Part shown: in pieces, positions 9,726-29,173 of the stretch
Position numbering within the stretch: the stretch's first letter is position 1
Layout: each line of letters opens with the position of its first letter
Assembly: GCF_048403405.1 (NCBI RefSeq)
Contig: NZ_CP183129.1
From: Escherichia coli
GTDB lineage: Bacteria > Pseudomonadota > Gammaproteobacteria > Enterobacterales > Enterobacteriaceae
DNA: 64,000 nt
Strand: one strand, 5' to 3'
The notes under the pieces: model-generated
What the model saw: only the letters and a program-made list of their open reading frames with translations
The model's database searches: none
Told to the model about the DNA's origin: nothing
Program-made: the position numbers and the translations under genes

Positions 9726-12700
9726 TCAGTCCGCGTCATACCCCAGATTCGGTGCCAGCCAGCGCTCAACATCTGAGACGCTCATACCTTTACGGCGGGC
9801 ATAGTCTTCAACCTGATCGCGCTGGATTTGCGCCACCGCGTAATACTTGCTGTCCGGGTGGCTGAAGTACCAACCCGAAACCGATGCACCAGGCCACATG
9901 GCGAAAGATTCTGTGAGTTTCATGCCAGTGTGTTTTTCCACTTCCAGCAGCTCCCAGATGGTGGCTTTTTCCGTATGTTCCGGGCAGGCCGGATAGCCCG
10001 GTGCCGGACGGATGCCCTGGTAGTTTTCGCGGATCAGTTCTTCGTTGCTGAGGTTCTCGTTCGGCGCATAGCCCCAGTAGACTTTACGCACACGCTCATG
10101 GAGATACTCCGCAAAGGCTTCGGCTAAACGGTCGGCAAGCGCTTTCACCATGATTTTGTTGTAATCATCGTGCTGCGCTTCAAAGGCATCAGCCAGTGCG
10201 TCCTCTTCCAGCCCGCCAGTCACGGCAAATGCGCCGATGTAATCTGCTTTACCAGAAAGCTTCGGCGCAACGAAGTCAGCGAGACAGTAGTTAGCGAAGC
10301 CGGTTTTTTCGGTCTGTTGACGCAGATGGTGGCTGACGTTGATCACATGGGTGCGCGTTTCGTCACGGTAGATTTCAATGTCATCGCCCACACGGTTTGC
10401 CGGGAACAGCCCCACCACGCCACGCGGATTCAGCGTTTTTTCGGCGCTTAATTTATCCAGCATGTCATTGGCGTCTTTAAACAGACGCTGCGCCTCAACG
10501 CCCACCACTTCATCTTCCAGAATGCGCGGATACTTCCCGGCCAGCGACCAGGTCATAAAGAACGGTGTCCAGTCGATGTAATTACGCAGCGTTTCGATGC
10601 TGGCTTCGACTTCCTGCACGCCGAGACGGTGCGCCACCGGCGGCGTGTAAGCCTGCCAGTCAAAAGCGAAGTCGTTATCACGCGCCGCTTCCAGCGTGAC
10701 CGGTGGTGTGCGTGGTTTCTTGCGCCCGTGCTGAATACGCACGGTTTCGTACTCCTTGCGGGTACGAGCAACGAAATCATCGCGCTGAGTGTCGGAAAGC
10801 AGCGCCGCCACCACACCAACGGTGCGCGAAGCGTTCTGCACATACACCGTCGGGCCGCTGTAGTTTTGCTCGATCTTCACCGCCGTGTGTGCTTTAGAGG
10901 TGGTCGCGCCGCCAATCAGTAACGGAATGGTGAAGCCCTGACGCTCCATCTCTTTCGCCACGTTAACCATCTCGTCCAGCGACGGCGTGATAAGCCCCGA
11001 AAGTCCAATCAGATCAGCATTCACTTCTTTAGCGGTACGGAGAATTTTTTCCGCAGGCACCATAACGCCGAGATCGACAATTTCGTAGTTGTTACATTGC
11101 AGCACCACACCAACGATATTTTTACCGATGTCGTGGACGTCGCCCTTCACGGTGGCGATCACCATCTTGCCGTTGGTTTTGCCCTGCTCTTTGCTGGCTT
11201 CAATAAACGGTTCGAGGTAGGCCACCGCCTGCTTCATCACACGCGCCGATTTGACCACCTGTGGCAGGAACATTTTCCCTTCGCCAAACAGATCGCCGAC
11301 CACGTTCATGCCGTCCATTAGCGGGCCTTCAATCACCTGAATAGGGCGCTCCGCCTGCAGGCGGGCTTCTTCGGTGTCCTGCTCGATAAACTCGGTAATG
11401 CCTTTGACCAGCGAGTATTCCAGACGTTTATTCACTTCCCACGAGCGCCACTCCGCCTGCTGGGCGTTAGCGGTGTCGTCGGTTTTGCTGCCGCGATATT
11501 TCTCGGCAAGCTCCAGTAAACGCTCAGTGCCATCGTCGCGACGGTTAAGAATCACATCTTCCACCGCGTCGCGCAGTTCAGCGGGTAGGTCGTCGTAAAT
11601 CGCCAGCTGCCCGGCGTTGACGATCCCCATATCCATGCCATTGCGAATAGCGTAGTAGAGGAACACCGCGTGAATGGCTTCGCGCACCGGATCGTTGCCA
11701 CGGAATGAGAAAGAAACGTTAGATACGCCGCCGGAGATCAGCGCGTGCGGCAGTTCGCGTTTGATGTCTTCACACGCGCCGATAAAATCCTGTGCGTAGT
11801 TGTTGTGCTCTTCAATGCCAGTTGCGACCGCGAAGATGTTCGGGTCGAAGATGATATCTTCTGGCGGGAAGCCAACTTCTTCGGTGAGGATTTTGTACGC
11901 CCGACGGCAAATCTCGATTTTCCGTGCGCGGGTATCGGCCTGCCCCTGTTCGTCAAAGGCCATTACCACAACTGCCGCACCGTAACGACGCAACAATTTC
12001 GCGTGATGGATAAAAGCGTCGACGCCTTCTTTCATTGAAATAGAGTTAACAATGCCTTTGCCCTGGATACACTTCAGACCTTTTTCAATGACATCCCATT
12101 TTGAGGAGTCGATCATAATCGGCACGCGAGCGATATCCGGTTCACCGGCAATCAGATTGAGAAAACGCACCATCGCCGCTTCGGCGTCGAGCATCCCTTC
12201 ATCCATATTGATATCGATAATCTGCGCGCCGTTTTCCACCTGCTGGCGGGCCACATCCAGTGCCTCGCTGTATTTCTCTTCTTTGATCAGGCGCTTGAAC
12301 TTAGCGGAACCGGTGACGTTGGTGCGTTCACCCACGTTCACAAACAGGCTATCTTCGCCAATGTTCAGCGGCTCCAGGCCGGACAAACGGCAGGCTACGG
12401 GGATTTCCGGCAGTTTGCGCGGCGCTAATCCTTCTACTGCACGACTCATCGCGGCAATATGTTGTGGCGTGGTGCCACAGCAGCCGCCGACGATATTGAG
12501 AAAGCCCGCTTGCGCCCATTCACGTATTTGTTTTGCCATCGTGTCGGCGTCGAGATCGTACTCACCAAAGGCGTTGGGTAGCCCGGCGTTCGGGTGCGCG
12601 GTGACGTAGCATTCCGCAATCCGTGATAATTCCTGCACGTACTGGCGCAGTTCGTCTGGCCCCAGCGCACAGTTAAGGCCGAAAGTCAGCGCTTCGGCGT

Positions 12701-13409
12701 GGCGCAGAGAGTTATAAAACGCTTCGGTGGTCTGCCCGGAGAGCGTGCGCCCGGAGGCGTCGGTGATGGTGCCGGAGATCATAATCGGCAGCTCAACGCC
12801 CAGCGCTTCAAACTCCGTTTTCACCGCAAAGACCGCCGCTTTGGCGTTAAGGGTGTCGAAAACGGTTTCAATCAGGATCAGATCCGCACCACCTTCCACC
12901 AGCGCTTTGGTGGATTCGCGATAGGCCGCCACCAGCTGGTCAAAAGTGATGTTGCGGAATGCCGGATCGTTGACGTCCGGAGAAATAGACGCCGTGCGGT
13001 TGGTCGGGCCGAGAACACCGGCAACGTAGCGCGGTTTCTCCGGCGTGCGGGCAGTCCACTCGTCAGCACAAGCGCGCGCCAGTTTGGCGGCAGCGAAGTT
13101 GATTTCCGCCGATAGGGATTCCATCTGGTAATCCGCCATCGCAATGGTCGTGGAGTTGAAGGTGTTGGTTTCGATGATATCCGCGCCCGCTTCAAAGTAG
13201 GCGTTATGGATAGCGGCGATCACTGCCGGTTTACTGAGTACCAGCAGGTCGTTGTTGCCTTTGAGGTCGCATGGCCAGTCGGCAAAGAGTTCACCACGAA
13301 AATCGGCTTCATTCAGTCGATAGCTCTGGATCATGGTGCCCATACCGCCGTCCAGCACCAGAATACGTTCATTTAACTGCGCACGCAGTTGTTCCACTTT
13401 GCTGCTCAC
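9726..13409 (-). CDS. metH: Cobalamin-dependent methionine synthase
   Basis: 1227 aa from GTG start at 13409 ([28 protein letters not shown]...); track ORF is extended upstream to an in-frame ATG. Hcy-binding, pterin-binding, B12 and AdoMet domains recognisable. Confidence 0.95.
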   Translation of the reverse strand: MSSKVEQLRAQLNERILVLDGGMGTMIQSYRLNEADFRGELFADWPCDLKGNNDLLVLSKPAVIAAIHNAYFEAGADIIETNTFNSTTIAMADYQMESLSAEINFAAAKLARACADEWTARTPEKPRYVAGVLGPTNRTASISPDVNDPAFRNITFDQLVAAYRESTKALVEGGADLILIETVFDTLNAKAAVFAVKTEFEALGVELPIMISGTITDASGRTLSGQTTEAFYNSLRHAEALTFGLNCALGPDELRQYVQELSRIAECYVTAHPNAGLPNAFGEYDLDADTMAKQIREWAQAGFLNIVGGCCGTTPQHIAAMSRAVEGLAPRKLPEIPVACRLSGLEPLNIGEDSLFVNVGERTNVTGSAKFKRLIKEEKYSEALDVARQQVENGAQIIDINMDEGMLDAEAAMVRFLNLIAGEPDIARVPIMIDSSKWDVIEKGLKCIQGKGIVNSISMKEGVDAFIHHAKLLRRYGAAVVVMAFDEQGQADTRARKIEICRRAYKILTEEVGFPPEDIIFDPNIFAVATGIEEHNNYAQDFIGACEDIKRELPHALISGGVSNVSFSFRGNDPVREAIHAVFLYYAIRNGMDMGIVNAGQLAIYDDLPAELRDAVEDVILNRRDDGTERLLELAEKYRGSKTDDTANAQQAEWRSWEVNKRLEYSLVKGITEFIEQDTEEARLQAERPIQVIEGPLMDGMNVVGDLFGEGKMFLPQVVKSARVMKQAVAYLEPFIEASKEQGKTNGKMVIATVKGDVHDIGKNIVGVVLQCNNYEIVDLGVMVPAEKILRTAKEVNADLIGLSGLITPSLDEMVNVAKEMERQGFTIPLLIGGATTSKAHTAVKIEQNYSGPTVYVQNASRTVGVVAALLSDTQRDDFVARTRKEYETVRIQHGRKKPRTPPVTLEAARDNDFAFDWQAYTPPVAHRLGVQEVEASIETLRNYIDWTPFFMTWSLAGKYPRILEDEVVGVEAQRLFKDANDMLDKLSAEKTLNPRGVVGLFPANRVGDDIEIYRDETRTHVINVSHHLRQQTEKTGFANYCLADFVAPKLSGKADYIGAFAVTGGLEEDALADAFEAQHDDYNKIMVKALADRLAEAFAEYLHERVRKVYWGYAPNENLSNEELIRENYQGIRPAPGYPACPEHTEKATIWELLEVEKHTGMKLTESFAMWPGASVSGWYFSHPDSKYYAVAQIQRDQVEDYARRKGMSVSDVERWLAPNLGYDAD

Positions 13410-13567
13410 ACTTGCTCCCGACACGCTCAACCCAGATTTAATAAAAATTCAACAAACCATACTGGCATAAACGCATCTGTGGTAAAAGCGACCACCACGC
13501 AACATGAGATTTGTTCAACATTAACTCATCGGATCAGTTCAGCAACTATTGCATTAGCTAACAATAA

Positions 13568-13593
13568 AAATGAAAATGATTTCCACGATACAG
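13568..13593 (+). promoter_or_regulatory. IclR autoregulatory operator in the iclR promoter
   Basis: GAAAATGATTTCCACGATACAGAAAA-type IclR box read 15-40 bp upstream of the iclR ATG. Confidence 0.5.
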
Positions 13594-13608
13594 AAAAAGG
13601 AGACTGTC

Positions 13609-14433
13609 ATGGTCGCACCCATTCCCGCGAAACGCGGCAGAAAACCCGCCGTTGCCACCGCACCAGCGACTGGACAGGTTCAGTCTTTAACGCGTGGCCT
13701 GAAATTACTGGAGTGGATTGCCGAATCCAATGGCAGTGTGGCACTCACGGAGCTGGCGCAACAAGCCGGGTTACCCAATTCCACGACCCACCGCCTGCTA
13801 ACCACGATGCAACAGCAGGGTTTCGTGCGTCAGGTTGGCGAACTGGGACACTGGGCAATCGGCGCACACGCCTTTATGGTCGGTAGCAGCTTTCTCCAGA
13901 GCCGTAATTTGTTAGCAATTGTTCACCCTATCCTGCGCAATCTAATGGAAGAGTCTGGCGAAACGGTCAATATGGCGGTGCTTGATCAAAGCGATCACGA
14001 AGCGATTATTATCGACCAGGTACAGTGTACGCATCTGATGCGAATGTCCGCGCCTATCGGCGGTAAATTGCCGATGCACGCTTCCGGTGCGGGTAAAGCC
14101 TTTTTAGCCCAACTGAGCGAAGAACAGGTGACGAAGCTGCTGCACCGCAAAGGGTTACATGCCTATACCCACGCGACGCTGGTGTCTCCTGTGCATTTAA
14201 AAGAAGATCTCGCCCAAACGCGCAAACGGGGTTATTCATTTGACGATGAGGAACATGCGCTGGGGCTACGTTGCCTTGCAGCGTGTATTTTCGATGAGCA
14301 CCGTGAACCGTTTGCCGCAATTTCTATTTCCGGACCGATTTCACGTATTACCGATGACCGCGTGACCGAGTTTGGCGCGATGGTGATTAAAGCGGCGAAG
14401 GAAGTGACGCTGGCGTACGGTGGAATGCGCTGA
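13609..14433 (+). CDS. iclR: IclR repressor of the glyoxylate shunt operon
   Basis: 274 aa from ATG 13609 (MVAPIPAKRGRKPAVATAPATGQVQSLTRGLKLLEW...); track ORF has a 13-codon upstream extension. Confidence 0.95.
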   Translation: MVAPIPAKRGRKPAVATAPATGQVQSLTRGLKLLEWIAESNGSVALTELAQQAGLPNSTTHRLLTTMQQQGFVRQVGELGHWAIGAHAFMVGSSFLQSRNLLAIVHPILRNLMEESGETVNMAVLDQSDHEAIIIDQVQCTHLMRMSAPIGGKLPMHASGAGKAFLAQLSEEQVTKLLHRKGLHAYTHATLVSPVHLKEDLAQTRKRGYSFDDEEHALGLRCLAACIFDEHREPFAAISISGPISRITDDRVTEFGAMVIKAAKEVTLAYGGMR

Positions 14434-14749
14434 CTTTTTCTGGCGGGCAGAGGCAATATTCTGCCCATCATACCTGAGTGGCAATAGAATAAGGGTGTCT
14501 GTTAATCGCATTGACGCCAAAATAACTTATTGTCATACACTTCACACGCTTTTATTACCTCAGCATTATTTTTAAACATCAAACCACTTAATTATTAACA
14601 AAATCGCAAGATCTCATTCCACCGAAACTTTTACGGCTGCATTATGAGATTGAGCGATTTATGATATTTCTTTACTTGTAATCATATTAAATTTTTTCAC
14701 TGTTCTGATAGTTAAAATTCAAGACATCAATAAACAATGAGATATTTAA

Positions 14750-18659
<3,910 letters not shown>

Positions 18660-18698
18660 TTAATTCGCCCCTCGCCTTACGGAAAGGGGCGTTGGTTG

Positions 18699-20003
18699 TT
18701 AGAACTGCGATTCTTCGGTGGAGCCGGTCAGCGCGGTGACTGAAGACGTGCCGCCCTGAATAATGGTCGTCACTTTATCGAAATAACCTGTACCCACTTC
18801 CTGCTGGTGAGAAACGAAGGTGTAACCATCTTTCGCGGCGGCGAATTCCGGTTGCTGCACTTTCTCAACGTAGTGCTTCATACCTTCGCCCTGGGCATAG
18901 GCGTTTGCCAGGTCAAACATGTTGAACCACATGCTGTGGATACCTGCCAGGGTGATGAACTGGAACTTGTAGCCCATATCCGACAGCTGCTGCTGGAAGC
19001 TGGCAATAGTTTTGTCGTCAAGGTTTTTCTGCCAGTTGAACGACGGCGAGCAGTTATAAGCCAGCAGTTTGCCCGGATATTTCGCGTGGATAGCTTGTGC
19101 AAAGCGACGCGCCAGTTCCAGGTCTGGCGTGGAGGTTTCACACCATACCAGGTCAGCATATGGCGCATACGCCAGGCCACGGCTGATCGCTTGTTCAATA
19201 CCTGCATGAGTACGGAAGAAGCCTTCGCTGGTACGCTCGCCGGTAATAAATTCGCTGTCATATGGGTCGCAATCGGAGGTAATCAGATCCGCCGCATCAG
19301 CATCGGTACGAGCAACCAGCAGGGTTGGAACGCCCGTCACGTCAGCTGCCAGACGCGCCGCGACCAGTTTCTGAATAGCTTCCTGAGTTGGCACCAGCAC
19401 TTTGCCGCCCATATGACCGCATTTCTTCACTGATGCCAGCTGATCTTCGAAGTGAACTGCCGCTGCACCGGCTTCAATCATCGCTTTCATCAGTTCAAAG
19501 GCATTCAGGACACCGCCAAAACCGGCTTCCGCATCAGCAACGATCGGCAGGAAGTAATCGACATAGCGCGGATCGCCCGGCTCAATGCCCGCGGACCATT
19601 GGATCTGATCCGCACGGCGGAAAGTATTGTTGATCCGCTCCACCACAGCTGGCACCGAGTTTGCCGGATAGAGCGACTGATCCGGATACATGCTGGCCGC
19701 CAGGTTAGCGTCCGCCGCTACCTGCCATCCCGACAGATAGACTGCTTCAATACCCGCTTTCGCCTGTTGCAGCGCCTGACCGCCAGTCAGTGCACCGAGG
19801 CTGTTGATGTAGCCTTTTTTCGACTCGCCGTGCAGCAGACGCCACATTTTCGCCGCGCCCAGTTGCGCCAGCGTGCATTCAGGATTGACTGAACCGCGTA
19901 ATTTCACCACATCTTCCGCGCTGTATGGGCGAGTAATGCCTTCCCAACGCGGTTGAGTCCACTCTTTCTGTAATTCTTCAATTTGTTGTGTACGGGTTTT
20001 CAT
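18699..20003 (-). CDS. aceA: Isocitrate lyase
   Basis: 434 aa from ATG at 20003 ([39 protein letters not shown]...), GGAG RBS 8 bp upstream; track ORF begins 5 codons earlier. Confidence 0.95.
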   Translation of the reverse strand: MKTRTQQIEELQKEWTQPRWEGITRPYSAEDVVKLRGSVNPECTLAQLGAAKMWRLLHGESKKGYINSLGALTGGQALQQAKAGIEAVYLSGWQVAADANLAASMYPDQSLYPANSVPAVVERINNTFRRADQIQWSAGIEPGDPRYVDYFLPIVADAEAGFGGVLNAFELMKAMIEAGAAAVHFEDQLASVKKCGHMGGKVLVPTQEAIQKLVAARLAADVTGVPTLLVARTDADAADLITSDCDPYDSEFITGERTSEGFFRTHAGIEQAISRGLAYAPYADLVWCETSTPDLELARRFAQAIHAKYPGKLLAYNCSPSFNWQKNLDDKTIASFQQQLSDMGYKFQFITLAGIHSMWFNMFDLANAYAQGEGMKHYVEKVQQPEFAAAKDGYTFVSHQQEVGTGYFDKVTTIIQGGTSSVTALTGSTEESQF

Positions 20004-20032
20004 GTGCAGATGCTCCATAGTTATGTGGTGGT

Positions 20033-21634
20033 TTACGCTAACAGGCGGTAGCCTGGCAGGGTCAGGAAATCTATTAACTCATCGGAAGTGGTGATCTGTT
20101 CCATCAAGCGTGCGGCATCGTCAAAACGCCCCTGGGAGAAACGTTCTTCGCCCAGTTCGCTGGCAATGACTTTCATCTCTTCGCCCAGCATCTGGCGGAA
20201 CAAGGCTTTGGTCACCGGTTTGCCATTGCTCAACGTTTTTTGATGATGGATCCATTGCCAGATTGAGGTACGGGAAATTTCAGCCGTCGCAGCATCTTCC
20301 ATCAGGCCATAAATCGGCACACAGCCGTTGCCAGAGATCCATGCTTCGATGTACTGCACAGCCACGCGAATGTTGGCGCGCATACCTTCTTCGGTGCGTT
20401 CACCATCACAAGGTGCCAGCAGCTGATCGGCAGTAATCGGCGCGTCTTGTTCGCGCATCACTTCAAGCTGATTTTTACGGGAGCCGAGAATGTCGTTGAA
20501 TACCGCCATTGCCGTATCCGCAAGGCCTGGGTGGGCAATCCATGTGCCATCGTGACCGTTATTAGCTTCCAGCGATTTATCCGCTTTTACTTTGTTGAGC
20601 ACCTGGTTATTGCGCTCTTCATCTTTGCTCGGAATAAATGCCGCCATACCGCCCATCGCAAAAGCACCGCGTTTATGGCAGGTTTTAATCAACAGGCGTG
20701 AGTAAGCATTCAGGAAGGGTTTATCCATCGTCACTGCCTGTCTGTCTGGCAGGACGCGATCGGGATAGTTTTTCAACGTTTTGATATAACTGAAGATGTA
20801 ATCCCAACGACCGCAGTTCAGACCAACAATATGGTCACGCAGCGCGTGAAGGATTTCGTCCATCTGGAACACGGCGGGCAGCGTTTCAATCAGCAACGTC
20901 GCCTTGATGGTGCCGCGCGGCAGATTAAAGCGATCTTCTGCATAGCTGAAGACTTCGCTCCACCAGGCCGCTTCCTGCCAGGACTGGGTTTTCGGCAGAT
21001 AGAAATAGGGACCGCTGCCCTTTGCCAACAGTGCCTGATAGTTGTGGAAGAAATAGAGCGCAAAATCAAACAGGCTACCGGGGATTGCCTCACCACGCCA
21101 GGTGACATGTTTTTCCGGCAAGTGCAGACCGCGTACCCGACAAATCAACACCGCTGGATTGGGCTTGAGCTGATAAATTTTGCCTGCTTCATTGGTATAG
21201 CTGATGGTGCCGTTAACCGCATCGCGCAGGTTAATTTGCCCGTTGATCACTTTGTTCCAGTCTGGTGCCAGTGAATCTTCGAAATCGGCCATAAAGACTT
21301 TCACATTGGCGTTGAGCGCGTTGATCACCATCTTGCGCTCAACCGGGCCGGTAATCTCTACCCGACGATCTTCTAAGTCCGCAGGAATCCCGCGAATTTT
21401 CCAGTCAGCATCGCGAATGGAAGCTGTTTCCGAAATAAAATCAGGCAACGTTCCGTTATCGATATCCTGCTGCTGCTGAATGCGCGCTGCCAGAAGTTTA
21501 TTGCGTTGTGGCGTAAAATGCGTCACCAGCTCAGTCAGAAATTCTACCGCTTCGGCAGTAAGAATTTGCTTCTCCTGCTCGCCATACGGCCTTATGAAAG
21601 CCAGTTCATCGGTTGTTGTTGCCTGTTCAGTCAT
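20033..21634 (-). CDS. aceB: Malate synthase A
   Basis: 533 aa from ATG at 21634 ([33 protein letters not shown]...). Confidence 0.95.
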   Translation of the reverse strand: MTEQATTTDELAFIRPYGEQEKQILTAEAVEFLTELVTHFTPQRNKLLAARIQQQQDIDNGTLPDFISETASIRDADWKIRGIPADLEDRRVEITGPVERKMVINALNANVKVFMADFEDSLAPDWNKVINGQINLRDAVNGTISYTNEAGKIYQLKPNPAVLICRVRGLHLPEKHVTWRGEAIPGSLFDFALYFFHNYQALLAKGSGPYFYLPKTQSWQEAAWWSEVFSYAEDRFNLPRGTIKATLLIETLPAVFQMDEILHALRDHIVGLNCGRWDYIFSYIKTLKNYPDRVLPDRQAVTMDKPFLNAYSRLLIKTCHKRGAFAMGGMAAFIPSKDEERNNQVLNKVKADKSLEANNGHDGTWIAHPGLADTAMAVFNDILGSRKNQLEVMREQDAPITADQLLAPCDGERTEEGMRANIRVAVQYIEAWISGNGCVPIYGLMEDAATAEISRTSIWQWIHHQKTLSNGKPVTKALFRQMLGEEMKVIASELGEERFSQGRFDDAARLMEQITTSDELIDFLTLPGYRLLA

Positions 21635-21699
21635 CGTGCAGCTCCTCGTCATGGATCCGAAAACTTCCCCACTGTGAACGAAGGATCGTTGTGCGCTTT

Positions 21700-21770
21700 T
21701 CGTTCAGCACAACTAAGACTACTCATTTAAAATGCAAAATCAAAAACAATTTCCATTTTAATTAAAAATA
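21700..21770 (-). promoter_or_regulatory. aceBAK promoter region with IclR operator
   Basis: Minus strand reads AAATGGAAATTGTTTTTGATTTTGCATTTTAAATGAGTAGTCTTAG, matching the known IclR box of the aceB promoter. Confidence 0.6.
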
Positions 21771-21829
21771 CATGATAACTTATTGATAACAATATGAATA
21801 AAATTTATTCACCTGCTGAGGTGTGTTTC

Positions 21830-21858
21830 GGAAATAAAAAAGGCACCCGAAGGTGCCT
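21830..21858 (-). terminator. Rho-independent terminator downstream of metA
   Basis: Hairpin AGGCACCTTCGGGTGCCT followed by TTTTTTTATTT on the minus strand. Confidence 0.6.
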
Positions 21859-21902
21859 GAGGTAAAGTGCTGAATCGCTTAATGATCGACTATCACAGAA
21901 GA

Positions 21903-22832
21903 TTAATCCAGCGTTGGGTTCATGTGCCGTAGATCGTATGGCGTGATCTGGTAGACGTAATAGTTGAGCCAGTTGGTAAACAGCAAATTACCGTGACTAC
22001 GCCAGCTCGCTCGAGGTGTATTTTGCGGATCATTGTGCGGGAAATAGTTATACGGTACATCCGGATCTAGTCCGGCTTCCACATCGCGGAAAAATTCCTG
22101 CGCCAGCGTTTGCGCATCATATTCGGGATGGCCCGTCACAAAGGCAATGCGCTTATCTTTGCTGGCAAACAGATATGCGTCCCCTTCTTCCGTCTCTGCC
22201 AGAATTTCCAGATCGGTGTAATCACGAATCAACGCTGCCGGAAAGTCAGCATAGCGCGAATGCGGTGCCAGGAATGAATCATCAAAGCCACGCGTCAGAA
22301 GCGCATGAGGATGGAGAATATGATGCTCGTAAACGCCAGAGAGTTTGTCGGTGCGAGTTTGTTTAGGAATGCCGTAGAGGATATTGAGCGCGGCCTGTAC
22401 CGCCCAGCAGACAAACAGCGTCGAGGTGACGTGATCTTTCGACCACTCCAGCACCTGTTTGATCTGCGGCCAGTAAGCGACATCATTAAACTCCACCAGG
22501 CCCAGCGGCGCGCCGGTAACTATCAGACCGTCAAAGTTTTGTTCCTGAATATCTTCAAAGTTACAGTAGAAGTTATTCAGATGCTCTGCGGGCGTGTTGC
22601 GCGATTCACGGGAATCGATGCGCAACAGCTGAATATCGACCTGCAAAGGTGAGTTTGAAAGCAGGCGCAGAAACTGATTTTCAGTTTCGATCTTCTTCGG
22701 CATCAGGTTAAGGATAAGCACCTTTAGCGGACGAATTTCCTGACCAGACGCGCGAGAAGTTGTCATCACAAAGACGTTTTCTTCACGCAAGAAATTGACG
22801 GCGGGTAGCTCGTCCGGCACACGAATCGGCAT
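21903..22832 (-). CDS. metA: Homoserine O-succinyltransferase
   Basis: 309 aa, [51 protein letters not shown]... Confidence 0.95.
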
Positions 22833-22852
22833 AACCTGATTACCTCACTACA

Positions 22853-22878
22853 TACGCTTATACGTTTAGACATCCAGA
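22853..22878 (-). promoter_or_regulatory. Candidate MetJ met-box repeats in the metA promoter
   Basis: Minus strand CTGGATGTCTAAACGTATAAGCGTAT contains tandem 8-mers resembling AGACGTCT; assignment from family knowledge. Confidence 0.3.
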
Positions 22879-22988
22879 TAGCTGAAGATAACCAGAAAAT
22901 TTGCCAATGTCGAGCCTGCATGTTGAAGGTGAGAAAGTTTCAAGGAAAAGGCTACGTTAGAATATAAGAATGACGAAAAGGAGAGAAA

Positions 22989-23432
22989 ATGGTTATTAGT
23001 ATTCGCCGCTCACGGCATGAGGAAGGGGAGGAACTGGTTGAGATTTGGTGCCGTTCTGTCGATGCCACTCACGATTTTTTATCAGCAGAGTATCGGGCCG
23101 AGCTGGAAGAGCTGGTGCGTTCCTTCCTGCCGGAAGCGCCGTTGTGGGTCGCGGTTAATGAGCGGGATCGGCCGGTTGGGTTTATGTTGTTAAGTGGGCA
23201 GCATATGGATGCGCTGTTTATCGATCCTGATGTGCGCGGCTGCGGCGTGGGTCGGATGCTGGTGAAGCATGCGCTCTCAATGGCCCCGGAACTGACAACC
23301 AATGTTAATGAGCAAAATGAGCAGGCGGTTGGGTTCTATAAGAAGGTGGGTTTTAAGGTTACGGGACGCTCTGAGGTGGACGATTTGGGGAAACCGTATC
23401 CATTGCTGAATCTGGCGTATGTGGGGGAATAA
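22989..23432 (+). CDS. yjaB: GNAT-family N-acetyltransferase
   Basis: 147 aa with acetyl-CoA-binding motif (RGCGVGRMLVKHAL). Confidence 0.85.
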   Translation: MVISIRRSRHEEGEELVEIWCRSVDATHDFLSAEYRAELEELVRSFLPEAPLWVAVNERDRPVGFMLLSGQHMDALFIDPDVRGCGVGRMLVKHALSMAPELTTNVNEQNEQAVGFYKKVGFKVTGRSEVDDLGKPYPLLNLAYVGE

Positions 23433-23504
23433 GCTGCCCCTGCCGTGCCTGCCCAGGCTGGAGAAGACGCGCCAGCGTCGCACCCGGCATTTTTTTCACC
23501 AACG

Positions 23505-23535
23505 CAAAAAGGCCATCCTGACGGATGGCCTTTCG
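23505..23535 (-). terminator. rRNA operon terminator downstream of 5S
   Basis: Minus-strand hairpin GGCCATCCGTCAGGATGGCC followed by TTTTTGCGTT. Confidence 0.7.
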
Positions 23536-23544
23536 CTTAATTTG

Positions 23545-23664
23545 ATGCCTGGCAGTTCCCTACTCTCGCATGGGGAGACCCCACACTACCATCGGCGCTA
23601 CGGCGTTTCACTTCTGAGTTCGGCATGGGGTCAGGTGGGACCACCGCGCTAAGGCCGCCAGGCA
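23545..23664 (-). rRNA. rrf: 5S ribosomal RNA
   Basis: 120 nt; reverse complement of ATGCCTGGCAGTTCCCTACTCTCGCATGGGGAGACCCCACACTACCATCGGCGCTACGGCG... matches E. coli 5S. Confidence 0.95.
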
Positions 23665-23758
23665 AATTCTGTTTTATTAACCCGCTTGTCGCCGGTTAAT
23701 TTAATCTGTATCAGGCTGAAAATCTTCTCTCAATCCGCCAAAACAGCTTCGGCGTTGT

Positions 23759-26662
<2,904 letters not shown>

Positions 26663-26855
26663 TCACAACCCGAAGATGTTTCTTTCGATCCATCATCGTG
26701 TTGCGAAAATTTGAGAGACTCACGAACAACTTTCGTTGTTCAGTGTTTCAATTTTCAGCTTGATCCAGATTTTTAAAGAGCAAATATCTCAAACATCACC
26801 CGAAGATGAGTTTTGAGATATTAAGGTCGGCGACTTTCACTCACAAACCAGCAAG

Positions 26856-26931
26856 TGGCGTCCCCTAGGGGATTCGAACCCCTGTTACCGCCGTGAAAGG
26901 GCGGTGTCCTGGGCCTCTAGACGAAGGGGAC
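26856..26931 (-). tRNA. gltV: tRNA-Glu (UUC) in the 16S-23S spacer
   Basis: 76-nt match to E. coli tRNA-Glu (GTCCCCTTCGTCTAGAGGCCCAGGACACCGCCCTTTCACGGCGGTAACAGGGGTTCGAATCCCCTAGGGGACGCCA) as reverse complement. Confidence 0.95.
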
Positions 26932-27015
26932 GTATCAGTCTGCTTCGCAAGACGCCTTGCTTTTCACTTTCTATCAGACAATCTGTGTGAGCACTGCAAA
27001 GCACAGTTCTTTAAG

Positions 27016-28558
<1,543 letters not shown>

Positions 28559-28900
28559 AAAAGTTTGATGCTCAAAGAATTAAACTTCGTAATGAATTAC
28601 GTGTTCACTCTTGAGACTTGGTATTCATTTTCGTCTTGCGACGTTAAGAATCCGTATCTTCGAGTGCCCACACAGATTGTCTGATAAATTGTTAAAGAGC
28701 AGTTGCGACGCGGCTTTCAGCTCACTGTCGCGAGGTGGCGTATATTACGCTTTCCTCTTTCAGAGTCAACCCTGAATTTCAGGATTTTTCTCTTCAACCG
28801 AACCGGCTGTTTGTGTGAAGTGATTCACATCCGCCGTGTCGATGGAGGCGCATTATAGGGAGTTCTCCGCAGGCCGCAATAGAAAAATTGCAGAAAAATG
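28559..28900 (-). promoter_or_regulatory. rRNA operon leader: tandem P1 and P2 promoters and boxA antiterminator
   Basis: On the minus strand: P1 -35 TTGCGG (28874-28879) / 16-bp spacer / -10 TATAAT (28852-28857); P2 -35 TTGACT (28764-28769) / -10 TAATAT (28742-28747); boxA TGCTCTTTAACAA (28689-28701). Confidence 0.8.
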
Positions 28901-29050
28901 ACTGACTGCTGCATTCCCCAGCAAAACCCCGCTTTATACCTTTTTACGCACAGAGTTATCCACAATCATCAATGTAATTTCTGTATTTTTCCCACGGTAA
29001 ACACTGTCAAAATTGTGATCACCATTGAAAGAGAAAAATTCGCGAGCGTT

Positions 29051-29066
29051 GCGCAAACGTTTTCGT
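29051..29066 (+). promoter_or_regulatory. PurR operator (pur box) in the purHD promoter
   Basis: GCGCAAACGTTTTCGT matches the pur-box consensus ACGCAAACGTTTNCNT; about 110 bp upstream of the purH ATG. Confidence 0.6.
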
Positions 29067-29173
29067 TACAATGCGGGCGAAAAATAAGGATGCCCCGTTA
29101 GGGGCGTTAGCTGAGTTTTTCGCGAAAAATTCAGCTAACGCTCTCTGTAATAGTCAAATCCAGGGGATTTACC

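Noticed and set aside
14434-14749. AT-rich iclR-arpA intergenic region as a possible sRNA or toxin locus
   Set aside because: No convincing promoter-terminator pair or small ORF with RBS; best explained as the AT-rich promoter region of arpA.
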